In this document: positions 37,700-50,149 of the stretch, piece after piece | Position numbering within the stretch: the stretch's first letter is position 1 | Layout of the letters: the number at the start of each line of letters is the position of its first letter | Source: Lama glama | Lineage: Eukaryota | DNA: 64,000 nt | Reading direction: 5' to 3' | NCBI GenBank assembly: GCA_028534125.1 | Contig: CM052817.1 | Coordinates: 9,550,001 to 9,614,000, forward strand | Program-made: the position numbers and the translations under genes | Notes under the pieces: generated by a model | Seen by the model: only the letters and a program-made list of their open reading frames with translations | Databases searched by the model: none | What the model was told of the DNA's origin: nothing

Positions 37700-38300
37700 C
37701 ATCCAGGGAGCCTGCGCCGCAGATAAGTTAGACATCCTCGCCCTGATGCTAAACCACCTGCCCCTGAGCATCGCCTGTCATTTCCCAGAAATGCCCAGTA
37801 AGCAGATGCCATGCGGGAGGGGACGGCTCTGAAAGCTGGACTTAATTTTGACCCAGCTCCCCCACGCCAATTTCTCTTTGTGCTTCTCCTGCAAGCTACG
37901 CGCCTCTGCTCACCCCTCCTGCCTGTGTTCCACTGCTACAAGTGACCTGTCGCTTTAAAAGAAAAAAAAGCCAGTGAGTGACCGTCCTTAGGAACGGGTT
38001 GCTAAGCGGGTGTTTTTGCTGAGACGTGGCTGCAGCTTCCCAGGGAGCAGCCCGGGGGCGGCCCCGACCTACAGCCTTTCCTTCCGGGATTTTTTTTAGA
38101 AGATTCAACAGTAAGACCCATCTCTCTCCACTTTCCTTCCATCCCAGAAAGCGGGACCTGCAAAGTGCCTTGTAAAGTTCCTTAAGGTAAATCGGTTGTC
38201 CCCGGGAGCAGGGCTGCAGCAGCGGAGTCCGCTTCCCGTTGCGGGCTTGCAGTTCAGCCTCTGCCCTGGATACCCTGAGCCGATTTAATGAATTGTTCAT
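37700..38300 (+). promoter_or_regulatory. CC2D2A: CC2D2A promoter region (weak CpG island, GC box, RFX-like half-sites)
   Basis: Non-repetitive CpG-enriched segment about 5 kb upstream of the first coding exon; GGGGGCGG near 38054; GTTGCTAAG at 37998. Confidence 0.7.
38010..38186 (+). other. CC2D2A: CC2D2A non-coding exon 1 (start approximate)
   Basis: AAG|GTAAAT donor at 38186/38187 within the promoter CpG cluster; no ATG in the segment. Confidence 0.55.
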
Positions 38301-39599
38301 GCAGGGGTCCTTGTTTTTTACGTTTTACTTTCTGGAATCAAAACATAGAGCATGACTCGGGCTGCTTTGATTTGAGCCACTGCCTGGTGTCTAGTTTGCA
38401 AGAAATGTTAAGTCTGGCTCGTGCCAGCCCCTGGGTGGGATTCCTCCCAGAAGGTCTCTCTGCTTCCTCCCCGGAACTTCCACGCCATCCTGTTGTGCTC
38501 TGGTCTCCCGGAAACACTTACTGCTGCATTTCTGGGCCCTTTAGTTCAAACTGTTTGAGAGGCAAGATACTAGTTATTGCTAGCTTCGCATCCCTTGGCA
38601 CGAGAGGAAGGGCTGTTGCAGACAAAGGATGGCTGCTCTCACCAAAAGACCCCAAGGAAATCTACCGTCTGCGATTTAAACTGATTGTCTCCCTTCATTG
38701 CAAACAGGTGCTCTGAAAGGCTCATAAAGCTTAACAGGAAATATGTGTATGTTTACTGGGTTTTCGTATAACTTATTCTGCAAGTATATTCAGCACCAGA
38801 ATGAAATCTCTCTCAAATGATCTCCTAGAGCTCGTTCAGAGTCATTCTTTCAAACATTTATTGAGCATCATCAAGGCACCAGGCTTCAGCAAGGTGCAGA
38901 AGTTTAGAGTGAGCAAAAACGTGCTAAACCAGGTCAGAAGCCCAGAGCTTACTGGGAAGACAGACCTATAAACAGATCATCACAGTACAATGAGCTAAGA
39001 GCCATGAGAGATTTATAAAAGGGTTTGAGCGCTTACAGCACAGTGAGACTTCTCCCAGGGAGGGGCCGGGAGCACTCAGTGCTTCACATAAATGCACTGG
39101 GCACGTGTCACCTCACACAGCCCCACTGTGGTATTTCTGTGTACTCTTTGGAGGCGACATCTGTTATACTGAGCTGATGAAATGATTCCATAAAGCTATT
39201 TGTCACTAACCTTGACTACAGGGAGGTGTGGCTGGAATAACTGGTAGAATTAGGTAATGAAATCAAAAGGGTGCATATGGCACCTGCCCGGGGATCCAGG
39301 CTTTAACAGAATAGGACAGAAAAGGCAAAGTGCCGTCTACAAGGAGCACACGCTCAAGGGTGTGAGGGCAGCGGGAGGTTTCAGAAGCACCACACATGGA
39401 AACAGAAAGGAAACTGCCCTGAGCCCAGCGGGGAGAAGGGAGAGAGGGGCCATGGTTATTGGTGCCAGAGATTGAAAGTTGGCAACCAAAGATGATAATG
39501 GGGAATTTGATGTCACCTAAGGTCTTTCTTACGACTTTTATTCCTGTACCCTAAGTGCTTTCCCCCACCCCATCCCTTTCTCCTCCTTTTCCCCCATCA

Positions 39600-39820
39600 C
39601 TTTTTCTTGATAGTAACACTTACTAGTACCGAGAGCCTGGCCCAGGCCAGGCATTTTACTCCACAGTCTGTCATTTAACCCTGATAAAATAATCACTCAC
39701 CGAGGTAGGAATTATGATCACAAGTTTCCAGACACAGAAATGTACCTCAGAGAGGTGCAGGCATTGCTCCAAAGTCACACAGCTGATAATAGAGCTGGAA
39801 TTTGAACCCAGGTCCATATA
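39600..39820 (-). mobile_element. MIR SINE
   Basis: ctcagagaggtg...ccaaagtcacacagctgataatagagctggaatttgaacccaggtc. Confidence 0.8.
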
Positions 39821-41244
39821 ATTTTTTTTTACAAAGGTCTCCCTCTTTCTGTAAACGCATGTCTTCCCTGTTCTGGAGTAGGACGCATATGCTGTATTAT
39901 TTTTCAAGCAGCTAAGGTTGAATTGTGTTACATACAGTGCTGCCCGTTCCATATACCTTCATTCCTTTATTCCCGCATCCTGGAGAATTCCCACAGGTCC
40001 TCAGAGTATCTGACAACCCTCAGAAATGGTCCATTTGTTTGGATGAAGATGTCAGTACTTTCCTCGAAAAATATCTTCTGTTTTTTGCACTGAGTGAAAC
40101 TAAGTAAATCATTGACCCGGACTAGCCAAAACCCTTTCTCGTGGGGTCAATGCTCTGTAGTTTTCCACTGTAAATATTTCCAGAATAATGGGCTAACAGA
40201 GAAGAGTTTCTATATAGTTACTGACATCGCTAAAGCAAGAAAAAGCGTGGAGACAGAGGCAGAGCGGCATGGAGGAGGACTCTGGAGTCGCTGAGTCTTG
40301 GGGTCAAAGTCTGAATGCGACCTGTAATAACTAAGATGGCAAATCACGTAAGCTGTCAGAGGCTGACCTCCCAGAAAAGCCCGGGTGCACCATGTGTAAG
40401 TTACAGCATGTGCTCCTCAGCTGGAAATGCGACTGTGGGACCCAGTGGGAACACAGAGCCGGGGCAGTAAATCGCAGCTCTCATTCTGATGCGGCCGATA
40501 GGAATCTACTAACAGGCACTCAGGGCACATCAGGATGACAAGCTGCATATTAATGCTGGGTAGAATTGATTAGTTTTCTTAGCAAAAGTGTTCATAGAAA
40601 AATAAATTTGGATGTCATCTGATTTCCTTAGAAACTCATTCAAAGTTAATGACCAGGAAAAAATGAGCAGAAAAAATCCACCCTGTTACATTTTTCATTT
40701 TCTATTTCTCTTTCTTTCATACGTAACATTTTTTCATTTATTAAGAATTTTTTCAGTTGCTAAGATATTTCACAGCTCTTTTTTTTTTTCTCACTTCATA
40801 ATGCCCAGAGCTGGGGTTTAGAGAGCGTCCATGCCCTGGAGCATTTCATTTTTATCACCTGCCTCCTCATTCTCGTTAGATTGCCTCCTCACCCTTTTAT
40901 TTTCTTCGCTGCTTTCACCATTTCCCTTCCTCCATTTTTTGTCACCTGTGAGGAGGTCTGAACGGGAGACAATAGAATTTCAGATGCTTTATTTCCCTTT
41001 AATGTGCTAGCTCCCCATTAGGGTCAATGAAACCTTGAACATGTCAGATGAGCTGCTTACAAGACCAGGTCCCAGTTAAGATTCGGATTCAGTGGATGTT
41101 AGGAAGGGCTTGTGATTTGTCAGTCCTGGTGTTTCTCCCCGTGTTCTCTTGTTTAATCTTCATAGCAGCGCAATGAGGACAACACGAAGCTTTGAAGGGT
41201 TCCACAATGTGGCCAAAGGAGACACAGACAATAAAGAGTGATTT

Positions 41245-42620
41245 CGTCATTCATTCGACACACATTTGTTGTGTCTACTAGACGCCACAGTCCTAAGCTC
41301 TAGGGGTAAACAACAAGCAAGCGTTCCTGCCCTCGTGTAGCTTATATTCTAATGAGAATGGGCAGCCAGCAACAGATCAGTGCAGGTGTCTGCTGCTGCT
41401 AAGTGCAATGAAAAAGAAATCGTGATAAGGTGGTTAGGGAGTTCCAGAAGGGGGAGGGTGGGAGGTTATCATTGTTTTATGGGTGTTTAGGGAAGATCTC
41501 TCTGATAAAATGATATCTGAGCAGAGTCCTGAAGGAATCGAAAAAGAGGAGGGAAGATGTCTCAGGAAAGAGAGTTCCAGGCAGAGGGAACAGCAAGTGC
41601 AAAGGCCCTGAGGTGAGAAGATTAAAGTGCAGATCCTGTTGGTGTGGGAAACCACTGAAAGGATTTAGGATTTACTTGTTGAGAGAGGGAGGTCATTGGA
41701 GGATTCTGAGCAGAGGAGTGACATGGTCTCACTTGCGTGTTAAACAGTTCACTCGGCGCCAGTGCAGAGAACTGGCTGTAGGTAGCAAGCACAGTGAGAA
41801 GCAGCGATGTCAGGAGGCTCTCGCAAAACCCCTGAGAGACGAGAGCGCTTGACCAGGGCGATGGCAGCGGGGCGCTTAGAGGTGCTCGGTTTCCTGGTAT
41901 AATCTGAAGGCTAAGGGGGCAGAGTTTCTGACGGACTGGATGCGGTGTGTCACGTGACAGAGGGGACTCAAGAATGACGCCAAGGCAAACCGGCCTGGGG
42001 ACAGTGGAGTTCCGTGTATTGCAGCGTGGAAGGTGGTGGGACAAGCAGGCCAGGCATCCTGGGAGACGTGAATTTGGGTGTCAGTAGGAGACAGGACGAG
42101 CTCAGCAGGGGAAGGCGCTGAGGTGAAGCTGAGCCCTAGACACTGCTGGTGTGCTGCTCGGAGGATGGGGCAAACCGGCCCAGGAGCCTGAGAGAAGACA
42201 GTCACCAGTGGGTCTGAGGAAACAGGAGAGAGCAGGTCTGAGATGCCAAGTGAAGAAGACATTTCAAGAAAAGGAAAGTGACCGGTCACTTTCGTTACTA
42301 ACTGCCTCTGACGGGGCAAATGAGGTGAGGGCTGAGGACTGATCACGAGCCGTGGGGATGCCGGGTGCTTACAGAACCCATTACAGGACCCGGCAAGAGC
42401 AGTTTCAGGGAGCTCAGCACTCAGGAAAGAGAGGGTTTGAAGAGTTTTCCTGTAAAGGGCTGAACAACTGAGTAACGTCTAGAAAGAGATGTGAAGGCCA
42501 GAGAGAACTTTTTCCAAGGAAGGGGCCTTTGTACATGGGCAGGAATGACCCTATTATGATTATGCAGGTGAGGAGGGAAAGTTGTCCGGGCAGGGAGGGG
42601 ATGGGAGCAGAGGTTCTGGC
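41245..42620 (-). mobile_element. L2 3' 1.4 kb in CC2D2A intron 1
   Basis: tcattcattcgacacacatttgtt...gagttccaggcagagggaacagcaagtgcaaaggccctgagg...ggaggattctgagcagaggagtgacatggtct. Confidence 0.88.
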
Positions 42621-42719
42621 CGAGGGAAGCCCAGGAGGGGACATGACTCAGTGTGGTGGGGGTGGGGCTGGGGGCGGGGGGAGGTTGGGGAACCCCTCTC
42701 TGGTTTCATCTCTTTGCTC

Positions 42720-42836
42720 ATTTTGGGGGGGTAATTAGATTTATTCATTTTATTTCTTAGTGGAGATGCTGGGGATTGAACCCGGGACCTCATGCATGCT
42801 GAGCAGGAACCCTACCACCGAGCTATACCATCCCTC
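42720..42836 (-). mobile_element. Camelid-type tRNA-derived SINE
   Basis: ctggggattgaaccc...gagctatacc; perfect 13-bp TSD CATCTCTTTGCTC at 42707-42719 and 42837-42849. Confidence 0.92.
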
Positions 42837-43262
42837 CATCTCTTTGCTCTTGAAGTGAGAACCAAGGCCAAAGGTAGAGCGTGAAGGTAGAAGGGAGGTG
42901 AAGGTTAGAGGGGAAAGGAGAGGCTGTGAAACAGTCTTTTAGGAGCTAGATTCCAACCAGGCCGCTTACCCCAAGGGCAGAACCCTTTCTGGCTCGACCT
43001 CCTACGCAGTAGAGCCAGGCTCGCCACCAGGCCAGTGGAGACAGACGGCCTGGCCTCTCTCCTTCTCTGGGGCTCATCGCCACCCATCCTGGGACCCGCA
43101 AGAAGGCACTCCTTGTGAATAGCAGGTCTGCTCAGCCCCAACAATTCCCTAACCATCAAAGTCAGCTTCCGGTTTGTCAACAAGAAGGAAGGCGTTTCCC
43201 TGAGTTCAGCTGGCCTGGCTTCTTTGTTCTTTGCCTGGCAGGGAGGAGCCGTCACAGCGCAA

Positions 43263-43301
43263 ATGAACCCCAAGGAAGAAAAAGTGAAAATAATTACAGA
43301 G
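43263..43301 (+). CDS. CC2D2A: Coiled-coil and C2 domain containing 2A, first coding exon (MNPKEEKVKIITE)
   Basis: Acceptor ttctttgcctggcag| at 43241/43242, ATG at 43263, donor GAG|GTGAGT. Near-identical to the human N-terminus MNPREEKVKIITE as I recall it; order C1QTNF7 then CC2D2A matches known synteny. Confidence 0.93.
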
Positions 43302-45342
43302 GTGAGTGGCTGCTTAGGTGTCCCTGGGGGGTGTGTCTGTGTGTTAAGGCTCATGTCACACGGGCTGGTGAGTGAGGAAGTTAGGCCAGCAATGAGCCTT
43401 TACTGCACGCCTACTGCATGCAGAAGGTGCCACGCCAGGCACGTGGAGAAGAGGGGCAGGTGGAGTAGGAAACTCAGCTCCAGGGCGGAGTGCAGTGAAG
43501 TGGCTTTGTAACCATCTCATGAATTCCAACACACGGTGGTTCTGAATTACCACCTACCGTGGGGTCCGGTTCTGCTGAAGCACATTGATTTCTAAAGAAA
43601 TTCAAAATGAGGCCAACAATGGCAGATTACAACCACTAATAGACTCCTCTGTCTCATGGAGTCCTGCAACTGTATGTGAAGCATCATTAAACACCATGTG
43701 GACCAGAGAAGGGAGGCCGTCTCCAATTTGAGGACTGTAGCATTCTGAACAGAAGGGAAAGTCTTCCTCTCAATCCTTGCTTCTCTCTTGGCTCCAGGGT
43801 TCAGTCACTGGAGACCACAGAGGTAGGAGTGGAGACAATATGCTATTTTCAAAAAGCCTGAAGGAACCCAGATAAAACCATGCAGAGGAACTTTAAGCAA
43901 GACACCAAGTACCGACAAATCACCGAAATCTACACATGCTCATCCGTTCATGCAACAGATATTTACTGTGCCTCCGGTGCTGGGGGAGACAGCAGCGAAC
44001 AAAAGCCCTGAGCCCTCATGGAGTTTACATTTGGTCTAATTTGAAGTTTACTACTGGAGTTTTCCATGGATGGAGGATCAAAACATTATTGGAAAGCCAG
44101 AAAAAAAAAAGACATAGTTTTCTCACAAGTCAATTCTAAGGTAATAAGAACAGAGTTGAATTAAGAACCACAACTGCACACCTCAGTACTACCATCTTAG
44201 AATTTAAGTTGGAGAATTCCCAATAGGCCCCGAAGAAGGAGGCCTGGGTGAGGATGGGCCTTGCACGCAGAGGATCAGTCAGAGAGATCAGGTCCCACAG
44301 ACAAAGGAAAAGCCCCAGCTACACCCATCCCTGGTTGGCACCTCAGCTCCTCCGTCTGCAACTGAAGTTCACATCGCCTCTAACCCGATGCCAAGGACGC
44401 CACTATGTGGTTGGAACCTAGCCCAGTGACCTGCGTGCCGTGTCTTTGACATCTTAGATGATTAAAAATCCATCCTTTGTGTTCCAAGTTTGTTTCAGTA
44501 TAAAAACAGAAATTTCCCAATTTTAGGGGAAAAAAAAGTCTAATAAATTAGATGTACCAGGAGAGGTTCTGGGTTCCTCTTGCAACTTCTCTTACACCCA
44601 CGGGTGCTGGTGCCCTGGTTTGTAAAACTCTAGGACTAGAAAACGTGAAAGCTTGAAACTTGAGAGGCTTCGGCTCCAACGTTTTATGACTAAAACTCTG
44701 GAAAGCATAATACAGGAAAAGAATCGAAGTTTGCGCTGTTAAAGGATTTCTCCCTTTTCAAATAGACCGGCAAACATTTCTTTTAAATTGAGACTTCCGT
44801 GGTGATTTAACATGGATTTTCACTATTCTCCACCTGATAGTCAGGCTAGGGAGCAGAGAAGCCCAGCCCTGGAAAAAAAAAACCCTAATACGATTCTGAT
44901 GTCACCCTGTGCTGGGGTCGTCTGTCCGTCTGGGCCTGAACATCTGTCCTGGCAGATTCACTTGTTCGTGGCCTTCATTAGATCACAACTTTTGAGGGAA
45001 GTCCCTGGGAGTATCTTTGCCTCCAAGGCCTGGCACACACATTAAGCACTCAATAGATGCCCTGTGCATGAACAAGCAATGGAAGCTCCAACACCATCCC
45101 ATTGACTTCCCATTTGGATATGCTTTTCAAGAACATGTCAATTTGGGGAAAAGTCGATGGTGGTGGCTGCTTAGATGGGTCAACTGTCCCTTCACTCACA
45201 CTTAGCGTTAGTGGGTGGAAGCTTCTGGGCAAGATGATAATTTAAACACCTAAAAATCACACCCCTGGTCCTCGCTTACCACCCTTTCCCAACTTACACA
45301 CACACACCAAGTGACAACTCTTCCATTTGCATTTTAATAAAG

Positions 45343-45426
45343 GAGTTCATTGAAGATGGTGAGGATGCAGATGAGGGGCAACGGAAGAAGACCAAGAAGG
45401 TTGCAAGACAAAAAAGAAAGAAACAG
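45343..45426 (+). CDS. CC2D2A: CC2D2A second coding exon (EFIEDGEDADEGQRKKTKKVARQKRKKQ)
   Basis: aag|GAGTTC ... CAG|GTAAGC; 84 nt, phase 0-0; resembles human [28 protein letters not shown]. Confidence 0.93.
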
Positions 45427-47332
45427 GTAAGCAGTGACAAGAAGCACGGTCTGTCTAGCGGGCTGTTGGCTAATAACCTGCTGCATGCAGAGATGCCACG
45501 CATCCTCCTGTGGGTACCAGCATTTGGCCTTCTCTGGGAGAGGCAGGGATGCTAGTGGATGGTCCAGGTGTGGACCCTGTGCAGGGCCTGACAGAGGACC
45601 CTCACAATGAAGCCATGGGCAGTATTTGGAACATTTTTCCTCTAAAGTGTTTCCCATCCCCCAGAGAGAAGTTTAGAAATGATGGGAAAAGCCCCTTCCA
45701 ACTTGTCATCAAAGGTCATAAACTGAGACCGGCGATAGATGGCAGTGCAGGATTTACAAACCTTGGGGAACTCCCACTCTCTCCAACTCCAAGCCCAAAT
45801 TCCACCTCAGTTGAAACCAGAGGCCGATTCCCGTCTCCCGGGCCGGCTGGCAGCCCCTCCCCCAGTTCTGCCCTCTGCAGAAGTTGCCCTCTGGCCGTGA
45901 TCATCCCCGTGCAAGCTCCACTTTCTCAAGGTAAATAAATTCTCTTGAAAAGGAGTCGTCCTCTGAGGAGGGAGGCAGGGACGATCTCGTGGATGGGTGA
46001 TTTGCTTGGAATCAGCCAGATGCCAGCAGGGGAGGGAGGGGAAGGGAACGCCATTTTGAGCCAGCAGCCACGTGATGGGGCTGCCTGGAGAAGGGTGGCC
46101 GGGGAAATGGGAAGGGTACCGGGAGTGAGAGCCCAAGTCAGAAAAGAAACCCCTCTCCCTGCTCCCCCTCACCCACAGCACTCCTGTGGGGACGAGCTCC
46201 GTCCGGAGCCCCCTTCTCTGCAGCTGGTGTGGACCCGTCCTGGGGAGGGACCAGGGGTGGGAGGTGCTGCCTGGCCACACCGTTGGTCTCTCTGGCCACT
46301 GAGAAAGCTTTAACCCCATCCTGTAGGTCAGCCAGGGGCTCTGCATCCAGGGCCGGGGGGCTGGTGCGGATGGAAAGAGCTCAAAGTCCACAGGCACAGT
46401 GAGCAGTTCTGACCAGGGCTGGGGGGTGGAGCTTGGACTGCCCGGCAGAAAGCAGCAGGGATGGAGTGGAGGAGGTCATTCCAGGCACGGCACTTCCCTG
46501 AGGCATCATCTCACGCACTGAACTGCACAAGAGCGTCCGTCACAGACAAGGTGCAGTTTTGAGGGTGTTGGCAAGAAATCTGGAGGGGTGTTTCTTAACC
46601 CCAGTGGCACTTCAAAATCACTTGAGGATTTTTTTTTTAATTAAATGTCTCACGTCCACCCCAGGCTATTTATTTAAACCAGAATGTCTGCACTTTCCAC
46701 AATGCTGAATATAAAGCAGCATCTCAGTGAATGGGCTATTTTTAGTTCCTTTTTTTTCAGAGGAGGAAGGAAGTTAAGAAGTTCAATACTTCACCCAGGG
46801 TCCCATAGTAAATCTGAGTTCAGAGCCAAGCCTTTGTCTGGTCCTAAGGACATCACTCACCCATGGCCTCCATTGCCACGCTGGTCCCTTCCTGCCCTCC
46901 TCTAAGAGTTTGGGGCAGGAACCAGAGGCTATTTTTGCCCTGGATTAACCAGGGGCACTTGGACAACTGTTTCCAAATGAATTGGGAGTTGGGATCAAAT
47001 AGTTCAGTTGTAATTTCCCTGCTTCTCTTTTCCTCCAGATTTCTATAAAGTGCTACACATTATACCTAGAAAAAGTGAAAATATTCATTTTATTTTGGGA
47101 TGCTGCAAGCATTTTGCCCGAGAAACCTCTTAGAGAAACTCAGGATCCACACCGCTTCCCTGGAGGGATGGGGAGGGGAGGACCACATCGACTCACATGG
47201 CAGAGATGACAGTTATCTAGATCTGAATAGTATTGCTACCTGTCCCTTTGCTAAGTGACCCATCTCATCCTGAGATAGGATCTGAGTCAACCAAAGCCCT
47301 GGGAGCCACAACCTCTGACCATCTGCCCACAG

Positions 47333-47456
47333 CTGCCAGCTGCTGGCCCCAAGGAAATGGTGTCTGAAAACTCCCACCTCGAGGACCAGCAGGAGCCTGT
47401 GCAGGAAGGTTCTGACACTCGCCTCCTGAGCGTGACGAGTCGACGAGGCCCACGAA
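47333..47456 (+). CDS. CC2D2A: CC2D2A third coding exon ([41 protein letters not shown] + 1 nt)
   Basis: cccacag|CTG ... CGAA|GTAAGT; 124 nt, ends in phase 1; resembles human [41 protein letters not shown]. The next constitutive exon is not in the window. Confidence 0.92.
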
Positions 47457-48306
47457 GTAAGTGTCTCTCAGTTCAGTTCAACCAGTAGTTATTAATCGCC
47501 TCTTGTGATCAGCACAGAGCAACATGGGGATTTCTCATGGGTATTATTTTTCATACACGTCCACTGCCCACCCCTATGCCAGATTTCAGCCCAATTCTGT
47601 GGGTCATCTTCTAGGTGAGCATCTGTCTAGGAGACAGGACACAATCCCAGGATATATTTATATAACCTCATAAGTTTGGAAGCATTCACTGAAATAGAAA
47701 TGATGCAAATAGTCAAATAGGTAGAAATTCAAAGGAGGGTGAAATAGTTAGGAAGGCATATTTGTTAATGAAATCGACTGGAATGAGATGTTGGAAAACC
47801 TGAGGAGGTTTCTGAGGCTCTTGGGGACCTTGCTCCTTGTGGACCCCTGCTTTTATCCCCCCAGCCCCCCCACACACACACTCTCCCTTCCTCGTCCAGA
47901 AACCGTGGCCTGTATTTTACAGCATTATTCTTCCCCACTGCGGTCAGCATCAATCATTATCAGCTCATTGTAGGGAAACTTACTACCCCTCCCTTGTTGC
48001 TTTTCATGAAAAATGGAAGAGACCAGAGGAGAAGATGAGTTATACTTTTCAGTTGTCACCTAATCATTACACAATTGATACCCTGTTTCCCTGGAGCTGA
48101 GCTGGGGAATAAAGTAACTATTGGAAATTAGAGGGCTTTGGAAGCAGGCTCATCTGAAGTCCAACCCTAAGAAAAATGCAGTTCCCATCCAAGAGCAGTG
48201 ACACAATAGAACTGTTACCAATTAGTAAGATAGAGCCAGGATTGATCCCAGAGAGTTGCTTCCTTTCCTAAATGGGCAAATTTATTCATTAGTGAAGATT
48301 ACAGTT

Positions 48307-48654
48307 TGTCTTAGTATGCTCAGGCTGTCCTAACACAGTATGCCATAGACTGGGTGGCTCAATCAACATCTATTTTCTCACAATTCTGGAGGCTGGAAGT
48401 CCAAGATCAGGGTGTCAGTGTGGTCAGAGTCCAGCGAGGCCTCTGTTCCTGGCTTGCGGGCGGCCGCTGTCTCCCTGTGGGCTCACTCTGGTGTCTCTCC
48501 CTGTAAAGACACTAATCCTTTTGTGAGAGCCTCACCCGTATAACCTTGTTTATCCTTCACTCCCTCCTTAGAGACCATATCTCCAAATACAGTCACATCG
48601 AGGGTTGGGGCTTCAACATATGAATTTTGTGGGGACACAATTCAGTTCACAGCA
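48307..48654 (-). mobile_element. MLT1A-like MaLR solo LTR
   Basis: tgtcttagt...ttctcacaattctggaggctggaagtccaagatcagggtg...ttcaacatatgaattttgtggggacacaattcag. Confidence 0.88.
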
Positions 48655-49199
48655 CAACTATTGAATATTTAAGCAGTTATTTTAAAAATCAAGGGGGGAA
48701 ATTTCAGAAAGTGTAGCTGATAATGAAGGCTCAGTGTTGTCATGGAACGTGAGTTCTTTTCTTATTCCCAAAATGGGGGAGACACCCTTCACTGTCACCA
48801 TGGGAGTGACTGTGAGGATCAAATAAAAAAAAAAAAAAGAATGTGGAAGGATTTTAAATAGTGTGCACTGTTTTAAACATTTATATAGTCTGCACTGGCA
48901 TTTTAAATAGGTAAATGAGCAGTAACTGAGGTGTTTAGAGTAAGATAAGAGACAATCTATGTGTTAGTCAAGAGTAGAAAGAAACAAGACAAAAACAAAA
49001 GCTGCTCTTTATGATTTGGAGAAGGAAAGAACAACACAAAGCTAAGATTTGCCTGCCCGAGCAAGGTCATGACCAGCTGGTATCTGGCAGCCCAGGGTGG
49101 AGCTGAAATCTGTCTCTGACTTGGTGGCACTATGAGTCAAGATGTAGAAAAAAAAATCCCTGGGAGTGAAGTGGTAGGTATCTGATGGATAAGAAGCCT

Positions 49200-49658
49200 G
49201 GGTGGTCAGGCATCACTCAGAAATGAGCGGTCAAGACCAGCAGAAAGTCAGTTGTGTGGATGGGAGAGTGGAACAGACTTCATTCATTACGTCAACGCAC
49301 AGTAGAGTGAGAGGCAGAGAAGTCCAGGGAATGAGGGCCATAAGGAGTGTCGACCTGAGATGGGCTGGGCAAGGCACACAGCAGAGGATGTGCGGCATCT
49401 CTGTGGTAGACTGCTGAGTGGAGAGCACTCCAGACCGAGGGCTCGGGAACGCGTGGCCATGTGCAGAAAGCTGTGCATCCAGAGCGAGGCGGAAGCACCC
49501 GTGTCTTTTATGACCTCGCCTGGGAAATCACACATGACTACCATTTGTTAGAGGCATGAAACGAAGTCCAGCCCGTATTCAAGAAGAGGGGAGTTAGGCT
49601 CCACGTTTAAAGAGAGGTGTGTCCAAGAAATTTATGGATGTACTTTTAAACCACCACA
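49200..49658 (-). mobile_element. MaLR LTR (MLT1G/H-like)
   Basis: ttttatgacctcgcctgggaaatcacac...ttttaaaccaccaca. Confidence 0.6.
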
Positions 49659-50149
49659 GTCATCTTTCTTTAAACCTCTACTCGGAAATCTGTAATGAGC
49701 ATCACAGAAAGTCCTCCACAGTCTGGCCCCGTCCAGTTGTGTTCTCACTCTTGTCCAATCTGCCTGCATCCTGGTCGTCTGCTTAGTGGCCTCTGAAGGC
49801 CTCGGGACCGCCTGGCATTCCCGGGCTTCGATGTCTACTCAGAAAGCTCTCCATTCATCCCTTTGTTAAGACTGTGACAGAAAAACAATAATGTGTCAGT
49901 GAAGACCACGGTCTCTGGCATCAGAAAGTGTGGGTACCAGCCTCTGTCAATTCCTTACTCGCTTGGGCAAGCTCCCCCACCTCCTTAAACTTCAGTTTCT
50001 TTATTTGCAAAATGGGGACAAGAATAGAATGCCTTAAAGCTCCCACTGAGTTTAGATTCCAGTTCCAGGATGAGAGGGTAAAAAAGAAAACAAATGAAAA
50101 AGGAAGAAGCAGCACAGTAGATCTACTGTATGGCCAGTGGTGAGAAGTG

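Noticed and set aside
45807..46397. 196-aa antisense ORF in a CC2D2A intron
   Set aside because: GTG start in a GC-rich tract; Pro/Gly/Arg composition typical of chance ORFs.
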